From the NCBI GenBank assembly GCA_965649115.1, contig CBFGJN010000006.1:1-50086 (forward strand): DNA of 50,086 bases. The letters are read 5' to 3'. The DNA comes from a candidate division WOR-3 bacterium. GTDB lineage: Bacteria > Hydrothermota > Hydrothermia > LBFQ01 > DSFT01. Numbering within the stretch: the stretch's first letter is position 1; every line of letters starts with the position of its first letter. A program made the translations under genes and the position numbers. This document shows positions 40,053 to 49,960 of this stretch, in pieces. The notes below the pieces were generated by a model that worked only from the letters and a program-made list of their open reading frames with translations, was not told the origin of the DNA and made no database searches.

Positions 40053-40842
40053 TTATAATAAAGTCTAACTTTAAAGCTCATATTTTCAATAAAGTTTATG
40101 TCCTTATTTGTAGAAATTCTCAATATAACATATCTCTTATCTTCATTTATATCGTAATAAGCGGAGTTCTCAATCATATGGGCTTTTGAAATAACTTTTC
40201 TTCCATCTTTTGTGATAATCAGGACCTTGTTTGGAACTTTTATCTTACTTAAAAAATCCTCCTTAAAGAATGCCCTTATATAAAAGCTATCTGGGCAAAC
40301 TATAAAAGCATAATTATTAGGGACATTAAACTGACCTTCACTTATGTTCTTTTCCATAATTATTCCATCTATTGGAGATTTTATATAAATTTGAGAAAGT
40401 TGATTATTTATTTGTTTAATTTCGTAATTTAATTTTTCAATTTGAATTTTTGAAAGCTCATATTCTTTTTGTGCTTTTATATAGTTGTTTTCAGCCTTAA
40501 TTAAATCAAACTTTGAAATACTATTAGCTGAATATAAAATTTTTGCCTTTTCGTATTCATCTTTTATCATATTTAATTTGGATTTTAATTCATTTTCTAG
40601 TACATTCTTTCTAATAAGTAGGTTTTCACTATCCAAAATAGCTAAAATTTGGTCTTTTTTGACATAATCAAATTTATTCACAAAAATTTTTAAAACTTTT
40701 TCATTTAAATTTGAATTTATGAAAAATCTATCGCAGGATAAATAAGCCTTATCTGTTTCAATGTAGTTTAGTGAATTGATATAAAGAAACCAAAAATGAT
40801 AATAAAAACCAAAACGAAAACAATTGGGATAATTTTTCTCAT
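40049..40842 (-). pseudogene. HlyD/EmrA-like membrane fusion protein with a 1-nt frameshift
   Basis: ATG 40842 (MRKIIPIVFVLVFIIIF) is one base out of frame with WFLY..YIETDKAY..IKSPIDG; the shift maps to the A5 run at 40792-40796. Confidence 0.8.
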
Positions 40843-41672
40843 TCCCCTATCTCTCCTTTAAAAATTGAGACAATAACCTCATCTAAATTTGGCATTTTAA
40901 AACTTAGATTTTTTACTTTCTCATGCAAACCAAATTGTTTCAGAAAATCAGCAATAATTTTTGGATTATTTTCTAAAATTTTAGAAATTTTATCATTTTC
41001 AAGCTCTAATTCAATTTTTAAATTTCAAATTTTTAATATATTTTCAGGTTTATCAACTATTAGCATTTTTCCTTTATAAATTAGTCCAAGTAAATCACAT
41101 TTGAAAGCTTCATCCATAAGATGTGTACTTACAAAAATCGTTTTTCCTTCTTCTTTTAGCCTTAAAAAATAATTCCAGAATTTTTCTCTTAAATGAGGGT
41201 CAAGAGCAGCAGTTGGCTCATCTAAAAACAATAATGTTGGATTATGAACAATTGAACAAGCAAATGATACCCTCCTCTTTAAACCTCCTGATAATTTATA
41301 AACTTCAACATTTCTTTTATTTTCAAGTTCAGCAAATTCTATAACCCATTCGTAATCCTTAACAGAATGTAATTTAGCAAAAAATTTTATATTTTCTTCA
41401 ACTGATAAATCTTCATATAATGCAAAATCCTGTGGCATATATCCTATAATTTTTATAAGTTTTGAGCGCTCCTTAACAGGTTCTAAATCAAAAACTTTAA
41501 TCTCTCCATAACTTGGCTTTAAAGAACCAACAAGCAGTTTTATAAATGTTGTCTTTCCACTACCATTAGGACCAATAAGTCCGAAAATTGTTCCACTTTC
41601 TATTTTCAAACTGACATTGTCTAATGCTTTAAATGTCCCATAAAATTTTGTTAGGTTATTTACCAAAATCAT
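40839..41672 (-). pseudogene. ABC ATPase with an internal in-frame TGA
   Basis: GPNGSGKT, LSGG and LDEPT; the frame continues past TGA 41025-41027 to PNLDEVI..GE-stop, overlapping the next ATG. Confidence 0.75.
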
Positions 41673-41714
41673 TTTTTAAAATTGAGAATTTCAAAGCTCG
41701 TTCCACCTGACAAT

Positions 41715-41775
41715 TGCTGTGTCTAGTAATTAGGCTATGGGGGGGCTTTGCCCCCCATTAAAACCCCCAATAAAA
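41715..41775 (-). mobile_element. Partial MITE
   Basis: TGCTGTGTCTAGTAATT and GGGGGGCTTTGCCCCCC. Confidence 0.75.
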
Positions 41776-41784
41776 TTAAGAATT

Positions 41785-42378
41785 TCATTTTTGAATTTTT
41801 ATAAAATTCTCAACATATTTAGCAATTATGTCAAATTCCAAATTTACATAATCACCTTCCTTCAAAAATTTTAGATTAGTCAGATTTAGTGTTTTAGGTA
41901 TTAAAACAACCTCAAAGTAATTATCATTTATTCTATTAACTGTTAAACTAACACCATCAAGACAAATTGAACCCTTATAAACAAGATATTTTCTAAATTT
42001 TTCTTCAAAAAAAACCTTAATAGTTTTCGTCATTTCAAAGTTTTTAACTTCAATAACTTTTCCAACACAATCAACATGACCAAGAACTAAATGACCACCT
42101 ATAAGTTTATTTAAAGTCAAGGACCTTTCTAAATTAAAAATATGCTCATATAAATTGATTTTTGAAAATTTCGTTCTACTTAATGTTTCAAGTGATAAAA
42201 AGAAGAAAATTGATTTACTATTAAATTTTTCAACTGTTAAGCAACATCCATCAACACTGATACTTTCGCCTTCTTCTAAAATCTCATAAGGATTTTCAAT
42301 TTCAAGCAACAATCCATCATTATATTTTTTTATACTAATTGTTTTTGAAGTTTTTTCAACAATTCCACTAAACATCAA
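41785..42378 (-). CDS. ribE: Riboflavin synthase alpha chain
   Basis: MFSGIVE, GCCLTV, GGHLVLGHVD and VNLEFD. Confidence 0.95.
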   Translation of the reverse strand: MMFSGIVEKTSKTISIKKYNDGLLLEIENPYEILEEGESISVDGCCLTVEKFNSKSIFFFLSLETLSRTKFSKINLYEHIFNLERSLTLNKLIGGHLVLGHVDCVGKVIEVKNFEMTKTIKVFFEEKFRKYLVYKGSICLDGVSLTVNRINDNYFEVVLIPKTLNLTNLKFLKEGDYVNLEFDIIAKYVENFIKIQK

Positions 42379-43223
42379 TAAAACTTTCTAATTAATAAAA
42401 TTGGAACACTTGAACTTCTTATAACTTCATCTGCAAAGTGTCCTAAGAATTGAGTCCTATCATTAATTCCCTTATAAGCAACTACAATTAAATCAATATC
42501 ATTTATTTTAGCCCAATTTGAAAGTGCTTTTCCATCTCCTTCACTCTCTATTATTACAGGTTCTATTTCAATTCCTTCAATAACTTTCGTTAGTTCTAAA
42601 TTTAATTCTAAAATTAACTCATCAAAAAGGTTTTCGGGAACAAAATTTTTAACTTTCGTATCTAAAACATGAGCATTATATATTTTTGCAGAAAATGTTT
42701 TTGCAATTGCTAATGCTATAATAAATGCATTTCTTGAATACTTTGAAAAATCAATACCAACCAATATATTTTTTATTTTGGGTTCTTTTTCGCCTTTGAC
42801 AATTAAAACATTTGAAGGACTTAAACAAGCAACTTCATAAGCAGTTGAACCAATCTCTTCACCTTTTGAGCTATTTGACAAAACAACTAAGCTTGACTTT
42901 GTATAATCCAAAAAATCTACAATTTCCCAATGTGGTGTTCCTTCTTTTAAGTAAATATCAACACCATTTATTCCATCATCTAAAAATTTCTTCTTTATTT
43001 TTTCAAGCTCTGAAAACATTTTATGTTTATGATTATTTGAATTTTCATCAAGAATTGTAGTCCATCCAAGAAGCATTTTATAAAATGGGGAAACACTTTC
43101 TGTTACACTTATAATTTCAAGACGAGAGCCAGAAACTTTTGATAAGTACTTTGCCCACTCACCTGCTTTTAAGGAACTTTCAGAAAAGTCCGTTGCAAAA
43201 ACAATTTTATGAAACATCTTCAT
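42375..43223 (-). CDS. Tandem universal stress protein
   Basis: ATDFSESS and GIDFSKYS domains; SD AAGGAGG 8 nt before ATG 43223. Confidence 0.9.
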   Translation of the reverse strand: MKMFHKIVFATDFSESSLKAGEWAKYLSKVSGSRLEIISVTESVSPFYKMLLGWTTILDENSNNHKHKMFSELEKIKKKFLDDGINGVDIYLKEGTPHWEIVDFLDYTKSSLVVLSNSSKGEEIGSTAYEVACLSPSNVLIVKGEKEPKIKNILVGIDFSKYSRNAFIIALAIAKTFSAKIYNAHVLDTKVKNFVPENLFDELILELNLELTKVIEGIEIEPVIIESEGDGKALSNWAKINDIDLIVVAYKGINDRTQFLGHFADEVIRSSSVPILLIRKFY

Positions 43224-43236
43224 AGTTTTAACCTCC

Positions 43237-44223
43237 TTATTTTTCAAATTTTAAAGCACATTTTAAAGCCTTTCCTTCCTTCATAAGTTCAAAAGCTTTC
43301 TTTATTTCTTTAATTTCAAATTCAAATGTTATGAGATATTCTAATAATTTATGTTTTTCCATTAAAAACTCATATGCTTTTTTAACAGATGAAGGTTTAT
43401 GATGAAATGATGCTAAAATATCAATTTCATTATAATGAAAATAACTTTGATTAAATGTTAAAAACTTATCTTCTTCCATTCCCGAAAATAATAAAATTTT
43501 AGAGCCTCTTGGAAGATTATTTAAAATTTTATTTATTAAATCATAACTGCCCGTTGTATCAATTATAATATCGTAATTTTCATCAATTTCATAAACAAAG
43601 GCTCTTTCTAATTTTTCAAAGAATGGACTATCTTTTAAAAGTTCCAATCTTTTTTTACTTCTTGAATAAATTTTTACATTGAAATTTTCAAGGATTAAAA
43701 AAAACATTATAGCAATTGATGAACTTCCAAGAATAAGGATATTTTCATAACCATTTAAATTTAATTTTTCAATTCCATTAAAAACACAAGCTAATGGTTC
43801 AATGATAGGAGCAACCTTAAAGCTAATTTCCTTTGGCTTTATAAATAAATTTCTTTCTACAACTAATTTTGGTATTTTAAGATATTCTGCATAAGCACCT
43901 AAAACTAAATTATATTTCAAATTTAAACATAAATTTTCTCTATTAGTTTTACAAAATTTACAATTTCCACAATAAGCACTATTTAAACCAAATACCTCAT
44001 CACCAACTTTAAATTTATAACTTTTACTCTCAACTACAACACCACTATATTCATGACCAAAAGGTCCGTTCCTTAACAAAGGATGTCCTCTTATATAAGC
44101 TTTTAAATCAGTTCCATCAGTTAATGCGTATTTTACTTTAATTAGAACTTCACCATCATCTATTTTAGGAATTTCAACATCTCTAATTTCAATATTATTA
44201 TCAACTAAATAAGCACAAAGCAC
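43237..44223 (-). CDS. Zn-dependent MDR alcohol dehydrogenase
   Basis: GHE, CxxCxxCx7C and EPLAC. Confidence 0.9.
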   Translation of the reverse strand: MLCAYLVDNNIEIRDVEIPKIDDGEVLIKVKYALTDGTDLKAYIRGHPLLRNGPFGHEYSGVVVESKSYKFKVGDEVFGLNSAYCGNCKFCKTNRENLCLNLKYNLVLGAYAEYLKIPKLVVERNLFIKPKEISFKVAPIIEPLACVFNGIEKLNLNGYENILILGSSSIAIMFFLILENFNVKIYSRSKKRLELLKDSPFFEKLERAFVYEIDENYDIIIDTTGSYDLINKILNNLPRGSKILLFSGMEEDKFLTFNQSYFHYNEIDILASFHHKPSSVKKAYEFLMEKHKLLEYLITFEFEIKEIKKAFELMKEGKALKCALKFEK

Positions 44224-44288
44224 TTCTAAAAGTTTAAAGCTTTATCATTATATAAGCGGTCTGAAAATCAGGTTTTAGTTATTGACCA

Positions 44289-44963
44289 TCAATAATTTAT
44301 CTCCTCTCTTAATTTCATTATAGCAGAAACTGGATCTTGTGAATTTGTTATAGCTCTTCCTATTACAAGAAAATCAGCCCCCTTTTTAATTGCTTCTTTT
44401 GGAGTAATAACTTGCTTTTGGTCATCTTTTTCTTTATAAAATTCCGGTCTTACACCTGGAACTACTACTAAAAATTTTTTTCCTATGGTTTGTTTAACTT
44501 TTTCAATAAAATTTCCTGAAACAACTACTCCATCTAAATTACATTCTTTTGCTAAAAAAACTCTTTTCATTACAACTGCACTTATAGGAAGATTTATTCC
44601 AACATCATATAAATCTTCTTGATTTAAACTAGTTAGAACTGAAACACCAAGTAATTTTATTTTATTTGTGCTTTCTTTTGCAGAAATTAACATTTCTCTA
44701 CCACCAGAAATGTGAATTGTTAAATAATCAATTTCAAAATTATCCAAAACTTTTATTGTCTTTTTTACTGTATTTGGAATATCTTCAAGTTTTAAGTCTA
44801 AGAAAACTATCGCTTGTTTATTTTTTAAGTAATCTATAACCTTAAAACCCTCTGAAACAAACAATTCAAGACCAACCTTAAAAAACTTATGAATATCAAT
44901 AACCTTATCTACAAACTCCTTAAATTTCTTAAAATCATTAAAATCAAGCGCTATAAAGAACAT
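44289..44963 (-). CDS. pyrF: Orotidine-5'-phosphate decarboxylase
   Basis: IALD, KVG, DLKLEDIPNT, PGVR and IGRAIT. Confidence 0.95.
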   Translation of the reverse strand: MFFIALDFNDFKKFKEFVDKVIDIHKFFKVGLELFVSEGFKVIDYLKNKQAIVFLDLKLEDIPNTVKKTIKVLDNFEIDYLTIHISGGREMLISAKESTNKIKLLGVSVLTSLNQEDLYDVGINLPISAVVMKRVFLAKECNLDGVVVSGNFIEKVKQTIGKKFLVVVPGVRPEFYKEKDDQKQVITPKEAIKKGADFLVIGRAITNSQDPVSAIMKLREEINY

Positions 44964-44966
44964 ATT

Positions 44967-46412
44967 CTAATAAATGAAAACTTTCCTTCTGTTTATTATA
45001 TAAAAACCTTTATCAAGCATTATAAAATCGTTATCATGAACAATACCCTTGAAAACTAATTTTCCATTTAAAGAATAAATTTCTAAATTCCCTTCTCCAT
45101 AAATCCTAATCCCATTTTTCACAATCTCAAACTTCAAGCAATTTTTATTTTCATTACTTATTAGTGGAGTACATATAATTGACTTATTTATTAAAATTGG
45201 ATTTGAACTTGTAAAGTCAAAATTGGCATTACCTTTATCATTTATACTTGAAAAATTATAAGTGAAATTAAGATTTAAAGGCATAATGTTATTTATTACA
45301 AAGCTTATAGGCTTTTCAGAACAAGATAAAAATGCATTCCCCTCTATTCTAATAGCATATATTGAAATAGGGGAACTATAATCGCTTTCACCCACTGCAA
45401 CGATTGAAATAGGACTTCTATAAGCATCATAAATATAATCATTATTTACCGTCCCATATCTTGATTGAGCTATTATAGATGAACAATTTGTATCACTTAC
45501 AAGAGCGAAAACATCATATCCATCACCAAAACTATTACTATTTCCTAAAATTAAAACATAGTTGTTGATATTAAATAATCTAACTCCATAATCATTATTA
45601 TTTACTAAACTATTTGGCGTGAAATAACAGGCTCTTAAAATTGACAAATTCCTATCAAGCTTTGCAAGGAAAACATCATTATTATAACTTCCAGTTATGT
45701 AGAAACGATTATTATAAAATTTAACATCATTAATTCTTGTATTTGGAAGTCTTGTAGAATTTAAAACACTATAATCATTAGCTTTAATCAAGTAAAGATA
45801 AGCATAGTTATCAGAACCATTACTGATGAGAATAATGGTGTCATTTACAACTGCCATAGAACCAAAAAATTGATAAACAGTTAAATCAAAACTTCTTGAA
45901 TTTAAATATATAATTTGACTTGGTTGAATGATAATTTTGGCAATTCCTACATTTTGTAAATTATTATTAAAACCTTTATAACCAACAATAAATGTATCTG
46001 ATTTATAAGGTAAAATTTTTTGACCCAATTCATCCCTTTTAGCTCCTGTTAGTCCAATTACTTTGTTAGCATTAACAGTTAGACTTGTAGTATTTATTTT
46101 CAAAATTGTAATATCTTTATTATTTAAGTTTTGATCAATAATTCCCTCTCCCGTTATAACAACTTCATTAGAAGGATTTATAACATATCCGCCAGGAACA
46201 ATCCCTCCTCTACTATCTGATGTTTTTCTTGAATCAATGTAATTTCCAAGTTGGTCAAGTTTTACAACAATGGTATTAGGAAAGTTATCCCCATAACCAC
46301 CAGATATTATTATTGTATCATTATTAAGTAATAAAACATTCGTTCCTCTTGTTCTTTGGTCAAATATATAAATATTTTGCCAAACTGTCAAATCAAAAAG
46401 AATAAAAATCAC
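44967..46412 (-). CDS. Exported beta-propeller protein with T9SS-like C-terminal domain
   Basis: Repeated blades (DVFLAKLD); IYSLNGKLV..GFYII. Confidence 0.75.
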   Translation of the reverse strand: MIFILFDLTVWQNIYIFDQRTRGTNVLLLNNDTIIISGGYGDNFPNTIVVKLDQLGNYIDSRKTSDSRGGIVPGGYVINPSNEVVITGEGIIDQNLNNKDITILKINTTSLTVNANKVIGLTGAKRDELGQKILPYKSDTFIVGYKGFNNNLQNVGIAKIIIQPSQIIYLNSRSFDLTVYQFFGSMAVVNDTIILISNGSDNYAYLYLIKANDYSVLNSTRLPNTRINDVKFYNNRFYITGSYNNDVFLAKLDRNLSILRACYFTPNSLVNNNDYGVRLFNINNYVLILGNSNSFGDGYDVFALVSDTNCSSIIAQSRYGTVNNDYIYDAYRSPISIVAVGESDYSSPISIYAIRIEGNAFLSCSEKPISFVINNIMPLNLNFTYNFSSINDKGNANFDFTSSNPILINKSIICTPLISNENKNCLKFEIVKNGIRIYGEGNLEIYSLNGKLVFKGIVHDNDFIMLDKGFYIINRRKVFIY

Positions 46413-46481
46413 AAATGAAATTTTAAGGGTAAATTACAAAAAAGTCAAGCTACCTCATAAGGCTTTAAAATTTCAATCATT

Positions 46482-48032
46482 ATGAGTAGATTAAGGGAAG
46501 TGTGGGAAATTTTAGTTAATAAAGTTGATAAATTAAGTCTAGAAGAATTTAAGAATTCATATGGTGAAGAAATTCTTGAAATGGCAATGTCTCCAAATCC
46601 ATATTTTTCAATAAAGGAAAATTACATAAGAGTAAATAACTGGTCTAAAAGATTTACAAATTTTGAGAGTGGAAAAAAGGATGACGAATTGGTAGAAATT
46701 CTCATTGATTATTTAAAAAATGGTTATAGAAGTAAGAATATTCAAATTATAGAAGAAATAAAAAGTAATTTATCAATTGATGACACGAGAATTTATAAGA
46801 CCTTAGGAAGGAAGGGCTATTTAAAATATGATGAATTACCATTTTTCTATATGGAAGAGCCTATTAGTGTTAATTTACAAGAGGAAAATTATGAAAGAGT
46901 TGATTTAACAAATTTATATTCATTTTCAGTAGATGATGATGAAACTATTGAAGTAGATGATGCTATAAGTATTGATGGAAATAAAATTTACATTCATGTT
47001 GCAGATGTCAGTTCATCCTTAAAAATATCCAAAAATTTACATTTGCTTGAAAGAACTATTAGCTTATACCTTCCAGAAAAAAATTTCTATCTTCTGCCTT
47101 CTGATGTTATTGAAAAATTATCTTTACACAATGGGATAAAAAATTCTTTAACATTACTTTTAGAATTTGATGAAAACTACAATTTGAAAAATTATAAATT
47201 TTTAAGAGCAAAAATTAAACTTAAAGATAGATTTAACTACAAAACATTTGAAAAAGTTCTTTTAATTGAACCCTTCAAAAAATTGTTATCAATTTCAAGG
47301 AAATTTCAATTAATGAGATTAAATAATGGTGGATATAATTACGTTTTACCTATAAAAAAATTTAAAATTGATGAAAATGGTGTTAAATACGAGCTAATAG
47401 ACCTCAATTCAAAAAGTTATTTTGTGATAAGCGAGCTTATGATTTTGTATAATTATATTGCTAGCAGATTACTTAAAAAGAATGATTTTCCTGCAATTTA
47501 TAGAAATTATGAAGAGAAAACAAATATAAACTTAAATGAAAATGACCCACTATATTACTATAAAATTATGAATGCATTTAAAAGTACAATTTTATCTTCT
47601 TCTCCAAAACCTCATTATATATTAGGACTTGATGTATATGCACAATTTACATCTCCTTTAAGAAGAGTCTATGATATAATAAATCAAGAACATCTACATA
47701 GATTATTAGATAATTTAGAGCCTAAGTATTCAAGTGAAAAAATAGAAGAGTTTATAAGAATAGCTGTTAGAGTTGAAAAAAGAAAAAAATTTATTCAAAG
47801 AAGTAGATTGGACTTTTGGACTTATGTCTATATAAAAGAGAACTATAAAGATAAAATTATAAAGGGTTTCGTTTGTAGAATAAATGATAAATGGTCAGAA
47901 TTATTCTTTCCTGAATTCTTAATAACGGAGAAAGTTTATTATAAAGGGCTTGATGTTGGTAAGAAAGTTAATTGTTTAGTTAGAGATGTTGATCCTTTTG
48001 GTTGTAAAATGGATATTTTTATTATAAAATGA
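46482..48032 (+). CDS. RNB-domain exoribonuclease (RNase II/R family)
   Basis: SVDDDETIEVDDAIS, HVADV, SELMI and FTSPLRR. Confidence 0.88.
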   Translation: MSRLREVWEILVNKVDKLSLEEFKNSYGEEILEMAMSPNPYFSIKENYIRVNNWSKRFTNFESGKKDDELVEILIDYLKNGYRSKNIQIIEEIKSNLSIDDTRIYKTLGRKGYLKYDELPFFYMEEPISVNLQEENYERVDLTNLYSFSVDDDETIEVDDAISIDGNKIYIHVADVSSSLKISKNLHLLERTISLYLPEKNFYLLPSDVIEKLSLHNGIKNSLTLLLEFDENYNLKNYKFLRAKIKLKDRFNYKTFEKVLLIEPFKKLLSISRKFQLMRLNNGGYNYVLPIKKFKIDENGVKYELIDLNSKSYFVISELMILYNYIASRLLKKNDFPAIYRNYEEKTNINLNENDPLYYYKIMNAFKSTILSSSPKPHYILGLDVYAQFTSPLRRVYDIINQEHLHRLLDNLEPKYSSEKIEEFIRIAVRVEKRKKFIQRSRLDFWTYVYIKENYKDKIIKGFVCRINDKWSELFFPEFLITEKVYYKGLDVGKKVNCLVRDVDPFGCKMDIFIIK

Positions 48033-48805
48033 GAGCTCTTGTTCTTTCAGGAGGTGGCTCAAAAGGATTAGCACATATTGGGGTTTTAAAAGCTATTGAG
48101 GAAAAAAAATTAAAATTTGATTTTATTGTTGGTTGTTCAATGGGTTCATTAATAGGAAGTTTATATGCTCTTGGTTATTCATCTGAAAATATAAAGTCCA
48201 TAGCAAAAATTTTAATTTCACAAAACATTATTAAATTTAAAATTTCACTAAATGAGTTTTTTGATTCAACAAAAATTGAAAAAATCCTTGAAGATATTTT
48301 TTCAAATAAAACTTTTAAAGATACAAAAATTCCAATTTATATATTGGCAGTTGATTTATTGACTTATAATCCTATCATTTTTAATAATGGATATTTGAAG
48401 TATGCAATTAGAGCATCAATTTCACTACCTTTGGTTTTTAAACCTGTTATGATAAATGGAAGAATTTTAGTAGATGGAGGAATTTTTGAAACATTACCCT
48501 TAGGTATTGCTAAAATGCTCGGTGCTAATTATATTTTAGCAGTTAATGTTGTAGGAACACTTTCAAGCAATTTATTCTTTGAAAGTGCAGATGAAATGAA
48601 AAAAATAGATTATAGCATATTGAAAACAGCTTTTGACGCTATTTACATATTACAAAGATCACAAATTAAACACACAATTGAAGCACATAAACCTAACATT
48701 TTAATAAATGTAGAAACAAGTGATATTGAACCACTTGATTTCAAAATTAACTTAGAAGATATTATTGAAAGAGGTTATAAAAGTGCTATGGAGGTTTTAA
48801 AGTGA
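48029..48805 (+). CDS. Patatin-like phospholipase
   Basis: GGGSKG, GCSMG and DGG. Confidence 0.93.
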   Translation: MRALVLSGGGSKGLAHIGVLKAIEEKKLKFDFIVGCSMGSLIGSLYALGYSSENIKSIAKILISQNIIKFKISLNEFFDSTKIEKILEDIFSNKTFKDTKIPIYILAVDLLTYNPIIFNNGYLKYAIRASISLPLVFKPVMINGRILVDGGIFETLPLGIAKMLGANYILAVNVVGTLSSNLFFESADEMKKIDYSILKTAFDAIYILQRSQIKHTIEAHKPNILINVETSDIEPLDFKINLEDIIERGYKSAMEVLK

Positions 48806-49557
48806 ATTTAGATTATTTTTCTGCCCTTATACTTGGTATTATTGAAGGGATTACTGAATTTTTACCAATTTCCTCAACAGGACACTTAATTTTAGCTTCA
48901 AAATTATTGTCAATAAATCAAAATGAATTTACAAAATCTTTTGAAATTGTTATTCAATCAGGTGCTATCTTGTCAATAATTGTTCTATATTTCAGGAAAA
49001 TTATATCAAATCCAAAGATGATTTTATATATGATAATTGGATTTATTCCTTCGGGAATTTTTGGTTTATTGTTTTATAAGTTTATAAAGCAATATCTTTT
49101 TAGTCCTTTTGTTGTTTCTTTAATGTTAATTGTTTGGGGGATTATTTTTATTTTCGTTGAGCTTTTATTGAAAGGAAGATATTTTAAATCACAAATTGAC
49201 ACTAAAACAGCTCTTTTAATAGGATTTTTTCAATGTTTCGCCTTAATTCCTGGAACATCGCGTTCAGGTGCAACAATTATTGGTGGAATGTTATTAGGAT
49301 TAAGCAGAAAAGATGCTACTGAATTTTCATTTCTATTATCTGTTCCAACAATAATAATAGCAAGTGTTTATGATTTAATTAAGGAAAAAAGCACTATATT
49401 TAATAGTGATATTTATGTTCTTTTAATTGGGTTTATTACTTCATTTATATTTGCTTATATTTCAGTTAAATGGCTTATTAATTTTGTTTCAAAACATAGT
49501 TTAGTAATTTTTGGGATTTATAGAATTATCATTGGAATAGTTTTTATTTATTTATGA
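48802..49557 (+). CDS. uppP: Undecaprenyl-diphosphate phosphatase
   Basis: EGITEFLPISSTGH and PGTSRSG. Confidence 0.96.
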   Translation: MNLDYFSALILGIIEGITEFLPISSTGHLILASKLLSINQNEFTKSFEIVIQSGAILSIIVLYFRKIISNPKMILYMIIGFIPSGIFGLLFYKFIKQYLFSPFVVSLMLIVWGIIFIFVELLLKGRYFKSQIDTKTALLIGFFQCFALIPGTSRSGATIIGGMLLGLSRKDATEFSFLLSVPTIIIASVYDLIKEKSTIFNSDIYVLLIGFITSFIFAYISVKWLINFVSKHSLVIFGIYRIIIGIVFIYL

Positions 49558-49644
49558 GAAAAATTTGAAAGCATAAGAATTGGGATTTTCAAGGCGAAAT
49601 AAATCTACTTTTAAATGGGGCGAATTTATAACGCAAAATAAATC

Positions 49645-49960
49645 TGCTTTGTCTAGTAACTTATAAAAATTTTTTTGAAATTATAGTTTTCATGGAGGGA
49701 ATTATCGGGGGCAAAGTCCCCCAAAGCCAAAATATGCGCATTTTAAAGCCAAAGGCTTGATTTCAGGGTGGGTGGGAAAATAAAGAAAAATAAAGACAAA
49801 GCTGCTTTGTCTAGTAATTATTGCTAAATGTCTGATAATCAATTACTTATAAAATTTTCAAGAAAATTATTGATTTTTAGGGGGGTTTAATGGGGGGCTT
49901 CGTAAGTAAAGCCGAAGGCTTAAATATAGGGTGAATAGTTTTAGAATTACTAGACAAAGC
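49645..49960 (+). mobile_element. Two head-to-tail MITEs (49645-49802, 49803-49960)
   Basis: Each runs TGCTTTGTCTAGTAA ... AGACAAAGC and contains AAGCCRAAGGCTT. Confidence 0.88.

Noticed and set aside
41025..41027. TGA recoding (genetic code 4/25 or selenocysteine)
   Set aside because: Many genes end in TGA at their expected C-termini, often as ATGA overlaps; the position is not catalytic and no SECIS-like hairpin is evident.
1284..43060. Short ORFs at 1284, 8452, 10250, 14648, 15575, 18476, 24801, 37183, 38413, 40485, 41123 and 42812
   Set aside because: Antisense or alternate-frame shadows of well-supported genes, with no recognisable motifs.
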